Assembly (NCBI GenBank): GCA_046563655.1
Contig: CM102285.1
Span: 4,030,001-4,094,000, forward strand
Source of the DNA: Yuukianura sp. NJ FZ-2021
Taxonomy: Eukaryota
Length of the DNA stretch: 64,000 nt
Reading direction: 5' to 3'
In this document: piece after piece, positions 10,648 through 24,700 of the stretch
Position numbering within the stretch: the first letter of the stretch is position 1
Layout: each line of letters opens with the position of its first letter
Notes under the pieces: generated by a model
The model's input: only the letters and a program-made list of their open reading frames with translations
Told to the model about the DNA's origin: nothing
Databases searched by the model: none
Made by a program: the position numbers and the translations under genes

Positions 10648-13600
10648 TTAAGCGTTTTTGTAGAGTTGGTAAGGAGCGATGATGTTAATGATTTCGTCAA
10701 ACGAAGGTCTTTCCTTGGGCTCTCGAGCCCAACAAGGTAAAACCAACTTCGCAAACCTGAAATTTAGTTCAATTTTTTTAAACCAAGTCATCGATCATGA
10801 AAATATTTTATAAAATTCCTGGTTTACAATGCTGGATTCATCAAAGCAGGACATTGCATGCGCAGTCCAGCCTTCAGAGTATTGACAAAGTCAATTGTCC
10901 AACTGCACCCGGGATATGGAACTTCACCCAGAGAAAATATTTCCCATAGAAGAATTCCGTACGACCAAACATCAGATTCAATTGAAAACGTAAGGTCAGC
11001 CAAGCTCTCGATACTCATCCAACGCCAAGGTAAAGGTTCCTATTACAAGACTGAAGTTAAATCGCTGTTGTAAGGTCATATACCTAATACACATTTAGTT
11101 GCTTAACTTCATTAAGTAATTAGATGACTTACTTCACTTTGTTTCACATACAGCGAATAATTATACAATTGCCTGCAAAATTTTCAGAAGATTTCAATTC
11201 AAATTTGTAATTGGAAAAATTTTGATATTTGAAAACTTGTAAACTTCAAACGTATACCTCGAAAGGCCAAAGTCTGTGATCTTAACGGTTCGATCCTTTG
11301 TCAACAGAACATTTCTTGCAGCCAAGTCGCCGTGAATTACCTTGGAAAGTAATTCAAATATGGCAAAGATTTTGAATTGAGGTTTAATTGATTATATTTT
11401 TTGCTTTTATATTATAATTGAATTGAACCTTCTTGGAAGCCAAATAGGAAAGCCCGTGCGCGATTTGAGAGCTCCAAGTGATCAGTAGTTCTACATTGAG
11501 CCCGCCACTTTGAACATTTGAATAACTAAGAATGCAGTAAGAATGTTGAGGTCAAAGGTTAAATTAGTTAATGTTTTTTTTTACACGTCAAATTACTTTG
11601 AAGCGAAGAACTGAGAACGATGTTGCTGAAGAAATCCAAGTAAGCTTCCCAAGTCACAGAATTCGACAAACGCATAGACAATTCCTTGATGTATAAAAAC
11701 TCAATTTAAAATTTTCGTTTGTGCTTTCTTTTTCAGTTGTATAATATTTTGCCTTGTTTTAAATTCGCCGTCGAGGCTCCAACTAATTGAATCAAGTACG
11801 GACTTTGGCCGAGGTGAATCAAAATTTTGATTTCGGACAGTAAAGCCTTGATGCTTGTCTTGTCCGCGTGTTGTTTTACAGTTTTAACAGCCACAGCAAC
11901 ATCCTTCACAAAACCTTTCATCACGCAACCAAATGCTCCAGAGCCAAGGATACTTTTGTCATCTAAAAAACATGAATTTTCAAAAGAGTTTTAAGATTTC
12001 AGAAAATAATGAGAAACTTTTTCATACCAATTGTGAATTCGCCAACAGGAATTTCATACTCCTTGGGATACGGCAGATTGAACGGCATAACCACTGCGCC
12101 GTCATTTGACTGCGGGATACCGTTTTTAAACTCGTAGATTTCTTGATTTGACAAAATCTAAACAAAAATCAAACCGTGATGACTTACCTTAATTTCATTC
12201 TTGGAAATTCAAACAAAACGCAATTGAGAAAACATGTGGAGAAAGTTGTCTTTTGTACCTGATTGAAGCGCATGCGAAAATAGACGTAAATGGAAGCCGT
12301 TGCGAAGAAGAAAAGAAGCAACAGTCCTACGATTAGCCAATAAAGGTATCCACCGCTGCTGGAAATTTCAACTTCAAATGACTTTTCACCTTGACCATAA
12401 GGATTTTGAAATCGACAAATGTATTCTCCGGCGGAGTCTTCTGTAACTTTTTCCAGTTCAAGTGTACTACTTCCACTTCCTGATGCACTAAAATTCTACA
12501 TTTCCAGCAAAAACGAAATTTTAGTCGTTGGCTTGCTTTCTTTTTAAAACGTCAAATTCAAATTATTTTGAGTTTACCTTCCCAAGTCGTTCCCACCAGA
12601 CAGTTGGCGGTGGTTTTCCTTCGGCGAAGCATCTGATGATTTGATGCTCCGAGTTCAATTGGAACGAGTACGTGAACACGGTAGATAGAGTGGGCGATAT
12701 TTTTGGTGGACTTCCATCTGTAAACACAAAAAGTCAAAGGTCACCAGGTTTAAGAAAAACTTTTGAAGGACATTTTATTACAGATTGTTATTGTACCAGT
12801 TATTGTTAAGTTGATTGAAGAAGTGATCCAATCCGTTGTGTCATGATACGACATTGAACAGGAGACTTGGACAATGTCAGAGGTCAGCGAGATTCTGAGG
12901 CTTGGAAAGGCGTAACTGTTGTATCGCTTGTAAGTTGAATCTTTATGAACTATGTCAGACCAAAAATAGGTTACTAAAAGTTAGGCTGGCGCGGAGTATT
13001 GGGCAGGTTCAAAATCTTACCAAGTTTAATTACTCCCTGTGAACTTTTTGTAAACCAGAGAATTGGGGGTGACAGACAATGCGGAGAATGTCGACAGATG
13101 AATTCGAACTGAGTAGATGTAAACATTGGTTCTGACGGCTTTGGTGACGCTAGTCGTAGTAGAAGGAACGTATCAATTGGAACATACGGTCGCGTTGGAA
13201 GATTACATGCAACTAGATCTTCAAAATTTGAAAATAGTAGTAAGTTAGATTTAAATTTTTTAGTTCCAGCTTTCAAAAAGTATTAAAATGACCTGTGCGC
13301 AGGGCGAACTGAAAAGTTCGTCCAGTGATCCCGGTTCCGTACTGCGTGTATTTGTAGCGATTTCCAGTTGTACAAAATATTACTCCATAAGATGACTCGT
13401 GGTGGATGTCAAACAAGAAAGTTTCACCTTGTGGGCGGACTACCGTTTGAGTATAGTAACTCAAATTTGCAAAATGCTGAAAATTACAAATTTAAACCTT
13501 GAAATAATAATTATTTCAAGTTACAGAGAACAATTATTGTTCTCTGTAGGTAAAAGTTCTAAAATAGTTACCGGAAGTACAAACTCCTTGGAATAGCTAA

Positions 13601-15090
13601 GTTGTTGGTACGAGGTCAACGGAGTTCCCCATGACAAGAACTTGGCTTCAGCGGTGGGTCGAGTGTTGAAGCCACAACTTAGCTTCAGGAACTGAGAAGA
13701 CGCATCTGAGAAGTCCTTGAACTCAAGGTACAACGCTTCCGTGTCTTGCGTCATGTTCAACTGCTTGGTCCCAAATATTTCAGGGGTAGCTGGGCCTGGA
13801 TCAAAATTATTTTTTCCATTTAATCAAACACAAAATATGTATTTTTTTAAATCTTTTGTGGATTTATAACATACGGTCTGAAGTATAGTCAAAATATACA
13901 TCTCGAGTCGATCCTGGCATCTTCACACGACATCGAAGTACAGTGCCCGACTGCCCTAGCACTAGTTTCAATTCATCCGTTCCCAATCCAACTTCAAAAC
14001 CAATTGTTGGGTCAAAAACTGCATACGAAGTGACATCTGTCTCCAATGCTTTGTGTTTCAGAATCAACGATACAACACCTCCAGCAGTAGTGTTTATGTA
14101 ATGCGACGGTCGACATGGAGCGATGTACTTCCGATCGCGGTGCGATATTTGCTTCAAAAAAGTCGTATGTTGATTCGACATGAAACTTTCTTGACCTGCC
14201 ATTAACGGCTCTGAAAGTGGAACAAAAATTATTATCGCTTAGTTTTATAACTAAATTGAAAGAATTTAAAAAATAATAACGAAACCTTCAAAAAAGAAGT
14301 AGAACGATTGTTTCCATTCCCAATTGGTTGGGTCAACATCTCGTACTGTGTAACGTCCTGTTCGAGAATACACGATTGGAGTTGTTCTGGGTTGAACTTG
14401 TAGTTTTTTTCTATCTTCATCGTTTTGAACTTGTTCAAACAGTGTTTGAATACTGGAAATTGATACAGAGATTCCAATGGTATCAATTGAGATTTTCGGA
14501 AAAGAAGGAAATTCTTCTGAAACCGAAACCTCTTTCCAGTAGCTGATCGTAACAGCTTCCGTTGGCTATCAACAAACAAACCAAGTTACCAGTTAGAACT
14601 TAAGTCTTTTAAGATTCCAAATTTAGCTTTGTTCATACACGAAATCCATCGTAGTGAAAATTCGTTGGATAGGAACTCAAACAGCGAATCGTCAAAACTG
14701 TACCAATCCAAAGCAAAAGTTAGTATGAAATTTTTGTAGCTTTATTTTTAAAAATTAAAACAATCAAGTAAAAGCAATTTAACTTTTTTAAATGTCATAA
14801 TTTTTTACGTTACCTCCATATTCTCCTATGATCCTGAATTGTTTCTCGAATGTTGGTGACCTCGGAGTGATCTCTGTGCAATTAAAATCTACGCCCTGTA
14901 CACCTGTAGTTTCAATAACACACTGTGGATTTGTATCCCGAGTCAGCCTGTCAGTGACTTTGTCATTGACAGAGGAGAAGCAATTGGATTGTGAGATGTC
15001 TTGAGAGGTCACGAAGTTCAACGCGTTATGAAATACGGCAGTGTATAAGAAAAATGATAGAGACTGTGGAAATGCTGTCAGTGTGGCCAT
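10648..15090 (-). CDS. PVR/VEGFR-like receptor tyrosine kinase, multi-exon
   Basis: Signal-like N-terminus, Ig-like exons, TM ([23 protein letters not shown]), [44 protein letters not shown]; stop at 10648-10650. Confidence 0.9.
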
Positions 15091-15762
15091 AGTGCGTCAA
15101 TATGGGTCAATGGGTTGCAGTCTCGAAGTATAATAAAATATTTCGTAGAACTAAGTTAGTTATTAAGTTGTGTTTAAAATTAAAACGGCAGAGCGTAATT
15201 GTAGCCGAAGTTGATTTCCTGCCAGAGCAAGTGTTAATTTTCCCGAAAACGAATAAAACTAACCTAAGAGTTTCCACATTTTGAAGTTTTTTGAAGTGTA
15301 ATTTTTGAATTTTTCTAACAAATTTTCACCACAAATCTCCACGCGGAGGTTACCACTTCCGATGACTCTTTGATTCTTCAACCTAATTCCGATCCTTTAT
15401 TTGATGTATTAAAATATTTAGTATGTATTACTGGAAAACTTGAAAAAGGAAAGTCAATCTTGTCTACTTCCTTTTTTTAATATAATTTTATTTTTAGAAA
15501 TCCGCTTCAATTTTACATGATTCCCGTTGATTTCAACTTGAAAACTTGAAAAGCTTTTGCAATTCCTATAAATTTCATTTCACCAAAACCTAAACTAACA
15601 CCTAGTCCCATCAAAACATTGATTGGCCAAACTATTTCATTCATGGAAAATTCCTTAAAGTTCTTGGCACATTAAAACGACAGTTTTTTAGTAACACAAT
15701 TAAATCATATTTTTTATTAAATTCGTAGGCACAATAAACTTTTGCGCTACACCATTTGCATG

Positions 15763-17018
15763 TTATGGAGATTTGGTCCCTCCGAATTGAATCAAAAGCT
15801 GACCCGGGTCAACTAACTCCAAAATTCTCTTCTTCCATTCGGTTTTGTCAACTCCAAAGATGTGATAATTGTTTTGCAAGTATTCCGACATAAATGGCCG
15901 CATAAGTTCGAAAAAGCGTGTAAACGCTTTTGGAGCTGAAATTTGGAAAACATGCACGATTTTTACAATAAAGTGTACAATTGTAGTAATTAATAAAGTG
16001 TATAATTATTCAAGTAAGGAAATAACTATTCCGTGGTAAGCAGGATTATGCTCGTCACTTACCATTTACACCAATGATTTTGTAGATAAGTCGTGGATAA
16101 TAGGCGTCATAGACAGTTAGGACCCGCGTGATGTGAGGAATACCTATATTTTTAAAGTTATATAGAGCATAAAACTGACACTTTTTTAAATGAGGTGCTT
16201 GAAATGTCATTTTATTCTGGCAATACATGAAACGCATCCGTGTTCTCTTAAATTGAATCCATTGTAGTCCGCTATAATAATAAAGTCCGAGATATTTTTT
16301 CCAGATTCCTGTTGTTCTTCAATAGCTCTGTAGGCTGCTTCCATGTAATAAAAGCTAAAACGGTGAAGCTCTTCGGCTTTTCCTCTTAGCACAATTTTAC
16401 GAACAGAGCATTTCCCAATATCAAATGTCATAACTGAAAATTCAAAAGCAATTCAAAACATTTTTACTTTTTAAAACTCACAAATTTATTGAATTAACCT
16501 ATACTCACCCGGCCTACCAATCTTGTCTATTCCATCTAACAAGAATGGACAGAGGTTTCGCAGGGTATCAGTATTGTCATTTGTCAGTGAATCAATATTG
16601 TTCACCTTTCTCCAATTCAAAGACTAAACAATATTTTCAATTCTTATTGCTTGTTTAAAGTAAGAAAGATGTAAAACATTATAAGATCGGTTTTCTTACA
16701 TTCACAAGCTTTTGTTTAGCGTGTTCCAAATTGAAGTTTTGATCAATCAGAAAGCGGTAAAGAAATTCATCTTTCTCCATAAATTTTTTGTACAATTGCG
16801 ATTGAACCATGGACCGAAACTAAAAAAAATAAATAAACATAGCCATATCTAATCACGTAATCACAAAGTATCTCAAGAAAAGTCATCTTGATTTTATTTT
16901 AAAGTACCCTGTTAAGTGCTTCTCTTTCCTGCGATGTGTAATTGAACACTCCAGATTGTTCATTTGTAGATCCAGCAGACAAGACAGACAAACTCAAAAC
17001 GAGTAGAGTAAAAAGCAT
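15763..17018 (-). CDS. SEC14/CRAL-TRIO lipid-binding protein with N-terminal signal peptide, 6 exons
   Basis: MLFTLLVLSLSVLSAG..., FLYRFL...FNL, WRKVNNID, DGIDKIGRPV, YYPRLI, VNAPKAF, QFGGT. Confidence 0.88.
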
Positions 17019-18924
17019 CGCAAATTGAAGTTATGCGATGTATGCCTTACGAATGCAAAATTTTCTAGCTTCAAATGTTGTCCTATTTTATTTTTTAAAA
17101 AAATTATTTTTTTATAAAAAGTTATTTTTATTACAGATGCATATATCTGGAGGCAAACCTAGTCCTATCTCAAAGCTCAACTGAATTAGTTAACAGAAAT
17201 TTCATTTGTCTTAAAGGTTCCAAAGAATGGAACGTGTTTGGTTTTTGATTTCGTTTACGCAGTTTACAGCAATGATAAAGATTGTAATTATAACAATTTA
17301 GAAGGCGATCAACACGTTTGGAACTTCTTTGCTCTTGCGTGTAACGAAACCTGTTAATCGACATTAAAAATTCAAATCATATCAAAACAAAAAAAAAACA
17401 GACAATTTTTTTCTGGCCGGATTTTAAGCAGGTAAGTAGGGGCGAAAGCTACTTCATATAATGTTGTCCGTCTGCCTCTGCACTGCAGTAGGGAACAACT
17501 TAAGGTTAGTGTAACATATTCTAGCACATGGGTTTAATACGTTTCAAAGATCAAGAACAAAAATGGTGTCGCCAAAATCAGAAGTTTTATTTAAAAAATA
17601 TCATAGCCTTTTGCTTGACAATTTTTAAAATAATTTCCATTTTATTCAAGTATACTTTTGAATAGAACATTATTTCAAACCGTAAGCTCTCAGACCGTAA
17701 AATCTAAAACAAAATTACTTTTCCCAATGCAATACATTTTCACTGAAAAGCTGTTCTGATCTGATTTGTGTGATCATTTATTCGAAATGAATAGGCAGGG
17801 AAAGATCAAATCTTTGAGACGCGTGTTTACACTTGTACATTTCGAAAGACCAAACTGGGTGTCCTTCAGCTTGCGAATGACGCATTGTTACTGGAAATTG
17901 CTTTTTTAATTTAACGCATCCCCTCCAATCAGCACGTTCAATCTAGTTTTTGTGTGTGAACATGATAATTAAAACCAGTGTAAGTTGGATTTGCAAAGAA
18001 AAGGAATTAAAGAATTTTAAATTGAAATCAAAATTTCAGTCAAAAGAAAAAAAAATTACGCTGGGTTGTGCCATGCCGCACAACTTGTGTGCGTACAGCA
18101 ATAAAGAGAAAAAAGGAATAAAGATAAAGAAAATAAAGAAAATAAAAATAAAGCAATAAAGAAAAAATTCTTCGCTAATTTGATTGAGTCTTGCTTACTT
18201 CCACCAAGATTTTGTAAAAGTCGATTTGTTAAAATTCTGTTTAAGTTTTCATGTTTTCTAGCAACCTTACTTTCTGTGTAACATATATCCTTTGACCTTC
18301 AATTTTTTGTACTGTGCCGCAAACCATCTTTCTTATGACGTCACAAAAAATTAAAAAAATTCTAGGCATAAAACTCGACTACCCTACAAAAAAAAAAACA
18401 CTAAACATAATAATTCGCATTAATTTATTGATCAATAATTTAATGTTCCATTTTCCAATACATATATAAAAAAAACTATTTAGACAATAAAAAAAATTTG
18501 TTGCCTCATATTTACATAATACTGTGACCAATCCATATTTCAGTTTCAATTTGGAGTTAGTTTGAACAAAATATGACTCATCTAAGCTTTTGTATGCGCA
18601 GCCCTACCACTTACCAATTAAACTCAATTTAAAAGCATAGCTACAATTTAAAGAGCAAAAAAAATGAATGGATTATCGCAATTTGAAGTTTTGTTTGACC
18701 GTTAGAGTTTTGTTAGTTTTAGATTCAACTTGAGAAACCCAGCAGCATAAACTTCAAAGAGCAGACTTAAACAGAAATATAAGTAACACACTTTTAGGAT
18801 TGATTTTATTCTGAGTTCTTCAAAATACTATGTAGAAAGTTCTAAATGCTTGCAAAGTTCAGAATTTAAAATAAAACTAAATTGGCAAGGTTCCAGTCTT
18901 TCAAAAAAAGTGAAGGTTAAGGAT

Positions 18925-20807
18925 ATGGAATCCCGTGAACATGACAGAACAAAAATGCCGCGAACATGTGATTTTGGTAAAGTGCAAAAATACATTGGAT
19001 TTTAAGATAACGTTTTATGAAGACTATTTTGATTGAAAATCTCAATCTTGGAAAGCGTTTTGTAATTTCTAAATTTTAACTTCTCGTTTTGATTTCAGTT
19101 CAACCGGAAAGATGTGCGTGGTGTTTTAATTTACGCGGAATCGCAATATCTAGTATCACCATCATCTTGGTTGTAGCAATTTTGCTTTTTGTTTTGGACT
19201 TTACTGTTTTGGAAGTTCATCGTCGCCAAAAAAATTATTATGAAAAGAAATTCGAAATGTTCCAAGTTGGCGGACAACTAGAAGTTCAGCCGACTTTTGA
19301 AAACGCATTCTACTTAAAAACAATTGACCTCAGTCAAGTTGAGGTCAACGTGTCCGTCCTATACCAGCTCATGACATATGGATTTAGAATAGAAACAATT
19401 CGTTTTCGGAATTTGAAATTTAGCGGAAAACTACCCAATGCACTCAAAGGTTGTTAATTTATTACATAATTTATTACTATTTATTAGTATTTATTGAGCT
19501 TATAATTTAAAAATTAAAAAAAAAACATAAAATTAAAACTTGTTTATTTTCCTATTAAAAATTCAGACTTTGCAGTCAGTCGTCCTAACTTGAAGGAATT
19601 TCTCTTGGAATTGGATCAACCAATCGGTCCAACCGACAATTTTCAAATTGACGATTGTGACGAATGCATTGTCGAAGGACAGAATTCAAGCTTCTTAGAA
19701 ATCCGGAGGTTACAATGCCTCCCTCCACTTTTATTCTATATAAATGCAAAAGCATTACAACCGTTACAACAGTTGGAATCACTGCGATTGACCATGTTGA
19801 CAATGAAAACGAATGTTACAGTAAACATCTACGGTCGCAACCTTTTGCGTGTCACGCACGAGAATTCCAGCACAGGCGCAGGCTCAGACGTCACCACTAT
19901 GTTCAGTGACTGTGAACCGATCGTCAAGTCTTACATGTTCAATGTCAAAAAATTGGCAATCAGCGGATGCACTTTAAGCACAAGCACATTAGCCGTAATC
20001 ATACGAGTTGGAAAACTGACGCACTTGAGCTTGGACCAGGTTCATCTGACAGGTTTCACCGATGGACAAAGGTTGTCCCAACTTTTTAAAAATGCCTTAA
20101 GTTTAGAATATTTGACTCTAAAAATGAGTTGGTTTACAAAAAATGAAAGTTCGATGACCTCTCCGAGCTATTCAGTTTTGATGACGGATTTTCCAAACTC
20201 GCTAAAAACGTTAGTTTTGATGGGAGTGTCCATCATTGCTCCTGTGTCTGACACAAGTAAGAACTACTTGACCTTGGACACTCTAAGACTCAGTGACATT
20301 ATTTTTGAAAGTCAACGTGCATTTGACCTATTTCCAAATGGAATCGACTTCAAAAAACTGGCTTTTCGGCAAATGAAAGTTCAAACTGGAGAGAAAATTG
20401 GCAATATTTTGGAGGAGTCAACAATCTGGATTTCATTTTTAAACAACGTCATGGGGAAAGCAAGTTGGATTTGGTTTGAAAATCCATTCCATCGTCCTTC
20501 CAAATTTTGGATGGAGAAGTACTTGGACAGAAATCCAGCAAATGTACAAATTCTGATACGAGGAATAGAAGTTGAGTTGAAAGCGTGGAAAACGTGGCTG
20601 CGGAAAAAAGGAATCGACGAGCAAGTGCTAAACGATGACCCGGCATTTACATTAATTAAATCCAACTCCAGAGGTCAAGGGTCATGGGACATGGAGTCAA
20701 GCCATGATGGTTCACCACCAAATACTCCAAATGCTGCAACTTGGTTTCACTTTCTACGTATGGGCACGTTCCTTCGAGAGAATCTGTGGAGTGTAGTGGA
20801 TTGGTAA
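18925..20807 (+). CDS. Uncharacterised type II membrane protein with leucine-rich-repeat-like ectodomain, 3 exons
   Basis: Exons at about 18925-18976, 19099-19449 and 19567-20807; TM GIAISSITIILVVAILLFVL; repeated LxxLxL (LESLRL, LTHLSL, LEYLTL, LKTLVL, LDTLRL). Confidence 0.65.
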
Positions 20808-21777
20808 TTGAAAAAAATAATGCTAATTTTAGCAAACATTAAATATCTAACCACCGAGCTTACGTTTATCCAAAATAGCACTTTAGCTACAGTTTGCCAA
20901 TGATAAACTAAATATATGTTAATTTAGGATAGAGTTGTTAAATTTAATATTAACTAGAGATGAATTTTTTCTACTTTCATTTCCTAATACTTTGCTGAGT
21001 CGTCACTTTTGTGCAAGTAAAGCAATTTAAATTCAAACAACACGAACCCTATTTAGACGTGCTCAAAAATTTAAATTTGCCCATTGACCTTAAGTCTAAT
21101 TTAAAAGTTAGCGCATGGTGTATTTTAAAGCATCTTTGACGTAATTTGAAAAATGCAGTTAACTGTACTGATGATTTAACTGTACTCATTTTTGGCTTGA
21201 CCAAAAAAAAAACGGGACCAGAAGTCATCTGATTTAAATGCTCAGAACAAACCGCCCAATTCGAATTTTGGAATTCGGACGATCACTGTCATAATTAATT
21301 TGTATAGATTGGGAGGAGGGTTTTTTGCAAAGACAGTTTAGTAGAATAATACATAAATTGGTGATCTTGAATAATGAATTTCAACGTATTCAACTACTTT
21401 CAATTTCAATTCCAAACGATTTTAGCAAAGTATAAAAAGAAGACATATTTCATAATTCCAGGAGTCCAGTAGGTTTTAAATACAAAAAAAGTCAGGGACT
21501 TTTTTTTCAAACATTTCTGAAAAAAAGCACAATTTAAAGAAAAAGAAAAACTTTCCACAATTCTTTAGTATACTTGTACTTGTGTTTTTTTTACATGAAC
21601 AGTAACAAGTTAATCATTGAAAACAGAAAGTTTACATAAAGATACTGGCACATTGCTGCACTAAATTATTGGATTTACCGAAGCTTGTGTCATACTTCTA
21701 CTGATATTTCAGACTTTGCTAATATATCAACAAACTTTAACAAAAGTGGGAAAATTTAAAAGTAAATCAATGATCAC

Positions 21778-24700
21778 CTAAAAATCAATCAAGCTGTGAT
21801 ACAATCCTCTCCGAGCCACCCAAGCCTCATGAGTCAAGAATTCTACAAGGCTTCCCTTTCGCAAAACTCCAATTGCATCTGAATTATTCAGAATGGAAAT
21901 ACGGTTGGAGATGATGAGGGTGGTCCGATCCTTCCGGGCAGCGTCAATTGAAATTTGAATTGCTTTCTAAAAGTTTCAAACAAAATTGGTTAAGTTCCAG
22001 AGAGCACTGTGGCGCCGTTTCAAACCTAACCTCATCTGCCACTGTTTTAACGTCATGTAGCGCTAAATCCTACAAAAATCAGAACAATTAAAACTTCAAA
22101 ATCGAAGTTTTTATAGCCATTGAAATACTTACAAGAAGAAGGACTTTTGGATTACGTATGAGAGCCCTTGCAATACCTGCAACAAAGATAAAAATTCATT
22201 TTTTCTAACAAAAACTTTTTTAAAACCGCTTGCAGTTAGATATAATTAATAACTATTAATGGTAACAGTTTAATGTAGTACTTTTTTACCTATCCTAATT
22301 TTTTCACTCCCTGAAAGTTCAAAGCCTCCTACGCCCAGCACTGTCTCGTATCCCTGAAATTGATGTACAACATGACTGGCTAGGGCATTTTTTTTAGTGT
22401 TTCATTTCTTCAAGCGTATTAGACTCCGTGCGCAAAAGATGAATTAAGCTACCTGAGGAAGTTTAGAGATGAAGTCGTGCGCATTTGCCATAACAGCAGA
22501 ATGCCTTACAGCTTCGAATGACGCATGTCCAGGAGCCCCGAATTCAATGTTTTCCAATATGGTGGCATTTATCATCTCCACGTCCTCACTCACCAATCCT
22601 AAAAATTTATTTAATCACAGTCCTCATTACTGTTCGTAGATGCTTTTATTGCTACAAAGAATTTGTAAAAGCCGAACCGATATTTGCTCTGAGGTATGAC
22701 ACATTTACGTCTCGTACATCCCATCCGTCGATCGTCTGTTACATTTGAAAAATTTAGATTTTAAATATATCATAACTTGTTTATGGTGAAAAAGTGTTTG
22801 GTTATACTCACAATTGCACCGTCATCCACGTCGTAAAGGCGTTTAATTAATTTGCACAACGTGGTTTTGCCTGATCCATCATCTGTAAAGAGACCGAGCG
22901 TCTTTTTTTCTTCGATGGACAAAGACAATCCTTTGAAGAGTGGGTTATGGTCGCCTGGGTACTTAAAGTACACGTTGTCCAGAACTAAGTGTCCAGTAAA
23001 GTTAGGTCTGGCACCACCATTACCCAGTGGATCAATTTTAGATTTAGTTTCTAGGATGCGGAATACAGTAGCCGCTGCTTCCCTGGCTTTGTGTTGACCC
23101 GGAAGCAGAGACAGAATTTGACCGACTGATCCCCCGGCAAAAACAACTGCTAAAAATGCCCTGAAAACAAATTAGATCAGCCCATAAACATACTAACCAT
23201 CAAATACAAACTAACGTTTGAGACTATTTTTCCAACTGAAAGCTTCAAACGCAATAAGTTCAAAATTAATAAGTTCGACGCAAAAACTCCGACGTTGAAC
23301 TTTAAAAAAAAATTAAAACCGCCGAACCTAAGTAAACAACGAAAAGTGGCTTTAAAGTTATTTTTGAACAAATACTTTGGATCGTTTGCTGTTGAACCAA
23401 TTCTGTTTGAACCAATGACTTGCAGCAATCAACGTCAGACTGAAGTCATTTATAAAACACCAAACTTTTACTAAAAGAACTTACTTGTACACACCAGGAA
23501 GTTGAATAAGATTGTCCTCCAGCCATAGTGTGCCAAAGTAGAATGTGACGCAATACACCAGGCACAGGGCGGATTCCGAAAAACCGAAGGTAATCCCATA
23601 AAAGAGAGATCGCCAAGAAGATTTTCTGTTAGAAAGAAAAATAGCCATAAAAAATCTGCTCAAATGAGACAAAGATTCGATTTTATACCTGAATTTTTTC
23701 AGTAATTGGCTTTTGCAATGTTCGAGCATGGTGCCTTCTGCCACTAATGATTGGACCGTTTGAACGTGATCAAGTGCATCTATTGCCACCTACCGGAATA
23801 ATAAAGGCGTTATTTGAAAATTGAACAGTTACCAGGCAGGAAAGCAGGAACTGTTGCGAAACGATGAAATAATATCGCATTAAGGAAGTTACCCGAAGTG
23901 CGGAATCAGGTTCGTGATGCTTCGAAGCTCTTAGTGTCATAGTTTCAAAGAAGGATCCAAAAACTAGAAGCGGCAATGCAAACGTAAGAAGTATTGCGAC
24001 ACGCCATGTTGAAGCGTACGCCAGCCCTAATGAACAAACGACAGTCACAATTGCGACGAAGGTGAAGAGAGTTCTTAGTGTGTAAGCTGATCGCAAAATT
24101 CCGACATCTCGCGATAGTTTGCGTTGAATGGATGCATAGTTGTCTGCGGCTTCAAACCAAGGCAACGGAAGTGACAAAATCTTGCGGATAATCTGGACTC
24201 TCAACGTTTTTCCAATCAGTTCGCTTGAACGACCCAAAAACCTTGTCTAGAAAAAAATAAACGTTTGCTCAAGGTTGGTAGACAAAAAAAAACTTTTTCT
24301 ACTTCAGGTTGTCCTATAAGTTTTAATATTTGCTTAAAAAAACTGCCTTTCTATGGGAATTTTTTACATGTAATATAAATGGGATTGGTGCATTGGTGCA
24401 CCAATTTGTTTGAAGTAAAAATTTTAAAAACCTTGAGGTATTGGACAACCTGTTGTAGCAAATACAATTTATTGTATTTCGGTTGTCAAGGAACCTTGCG
24501 TTTGTTATTCCGATTGGCCAAAAGAATTGGCAAAATGAAAAGAAATTGATTTTGAGTTATCCGTCTTTTTTCGTTTTACCGCCAAAGTTTTCACCTCAAT
24601 TGAAGGCGGGAGTAATTTTCAAAAACTTGAAACTCACTTGAAGAGCAGTAGCCATTGCAGCAAAAATTGCCAGAAGTAGAAAAGCCAGGGCCCAGTGAAT

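Noticed and set aside
11310-11340. HGD instead of HRD in the kinase catalytic loop
   Set aside because: Normal for arthropod PVR-family kinases; the catalytic Lys, Asp and DFG are intact.
17950-18170. Lys/Ile-rich ORF
   Set aside because: Translation of a low-complexity AAATAAAG tract.
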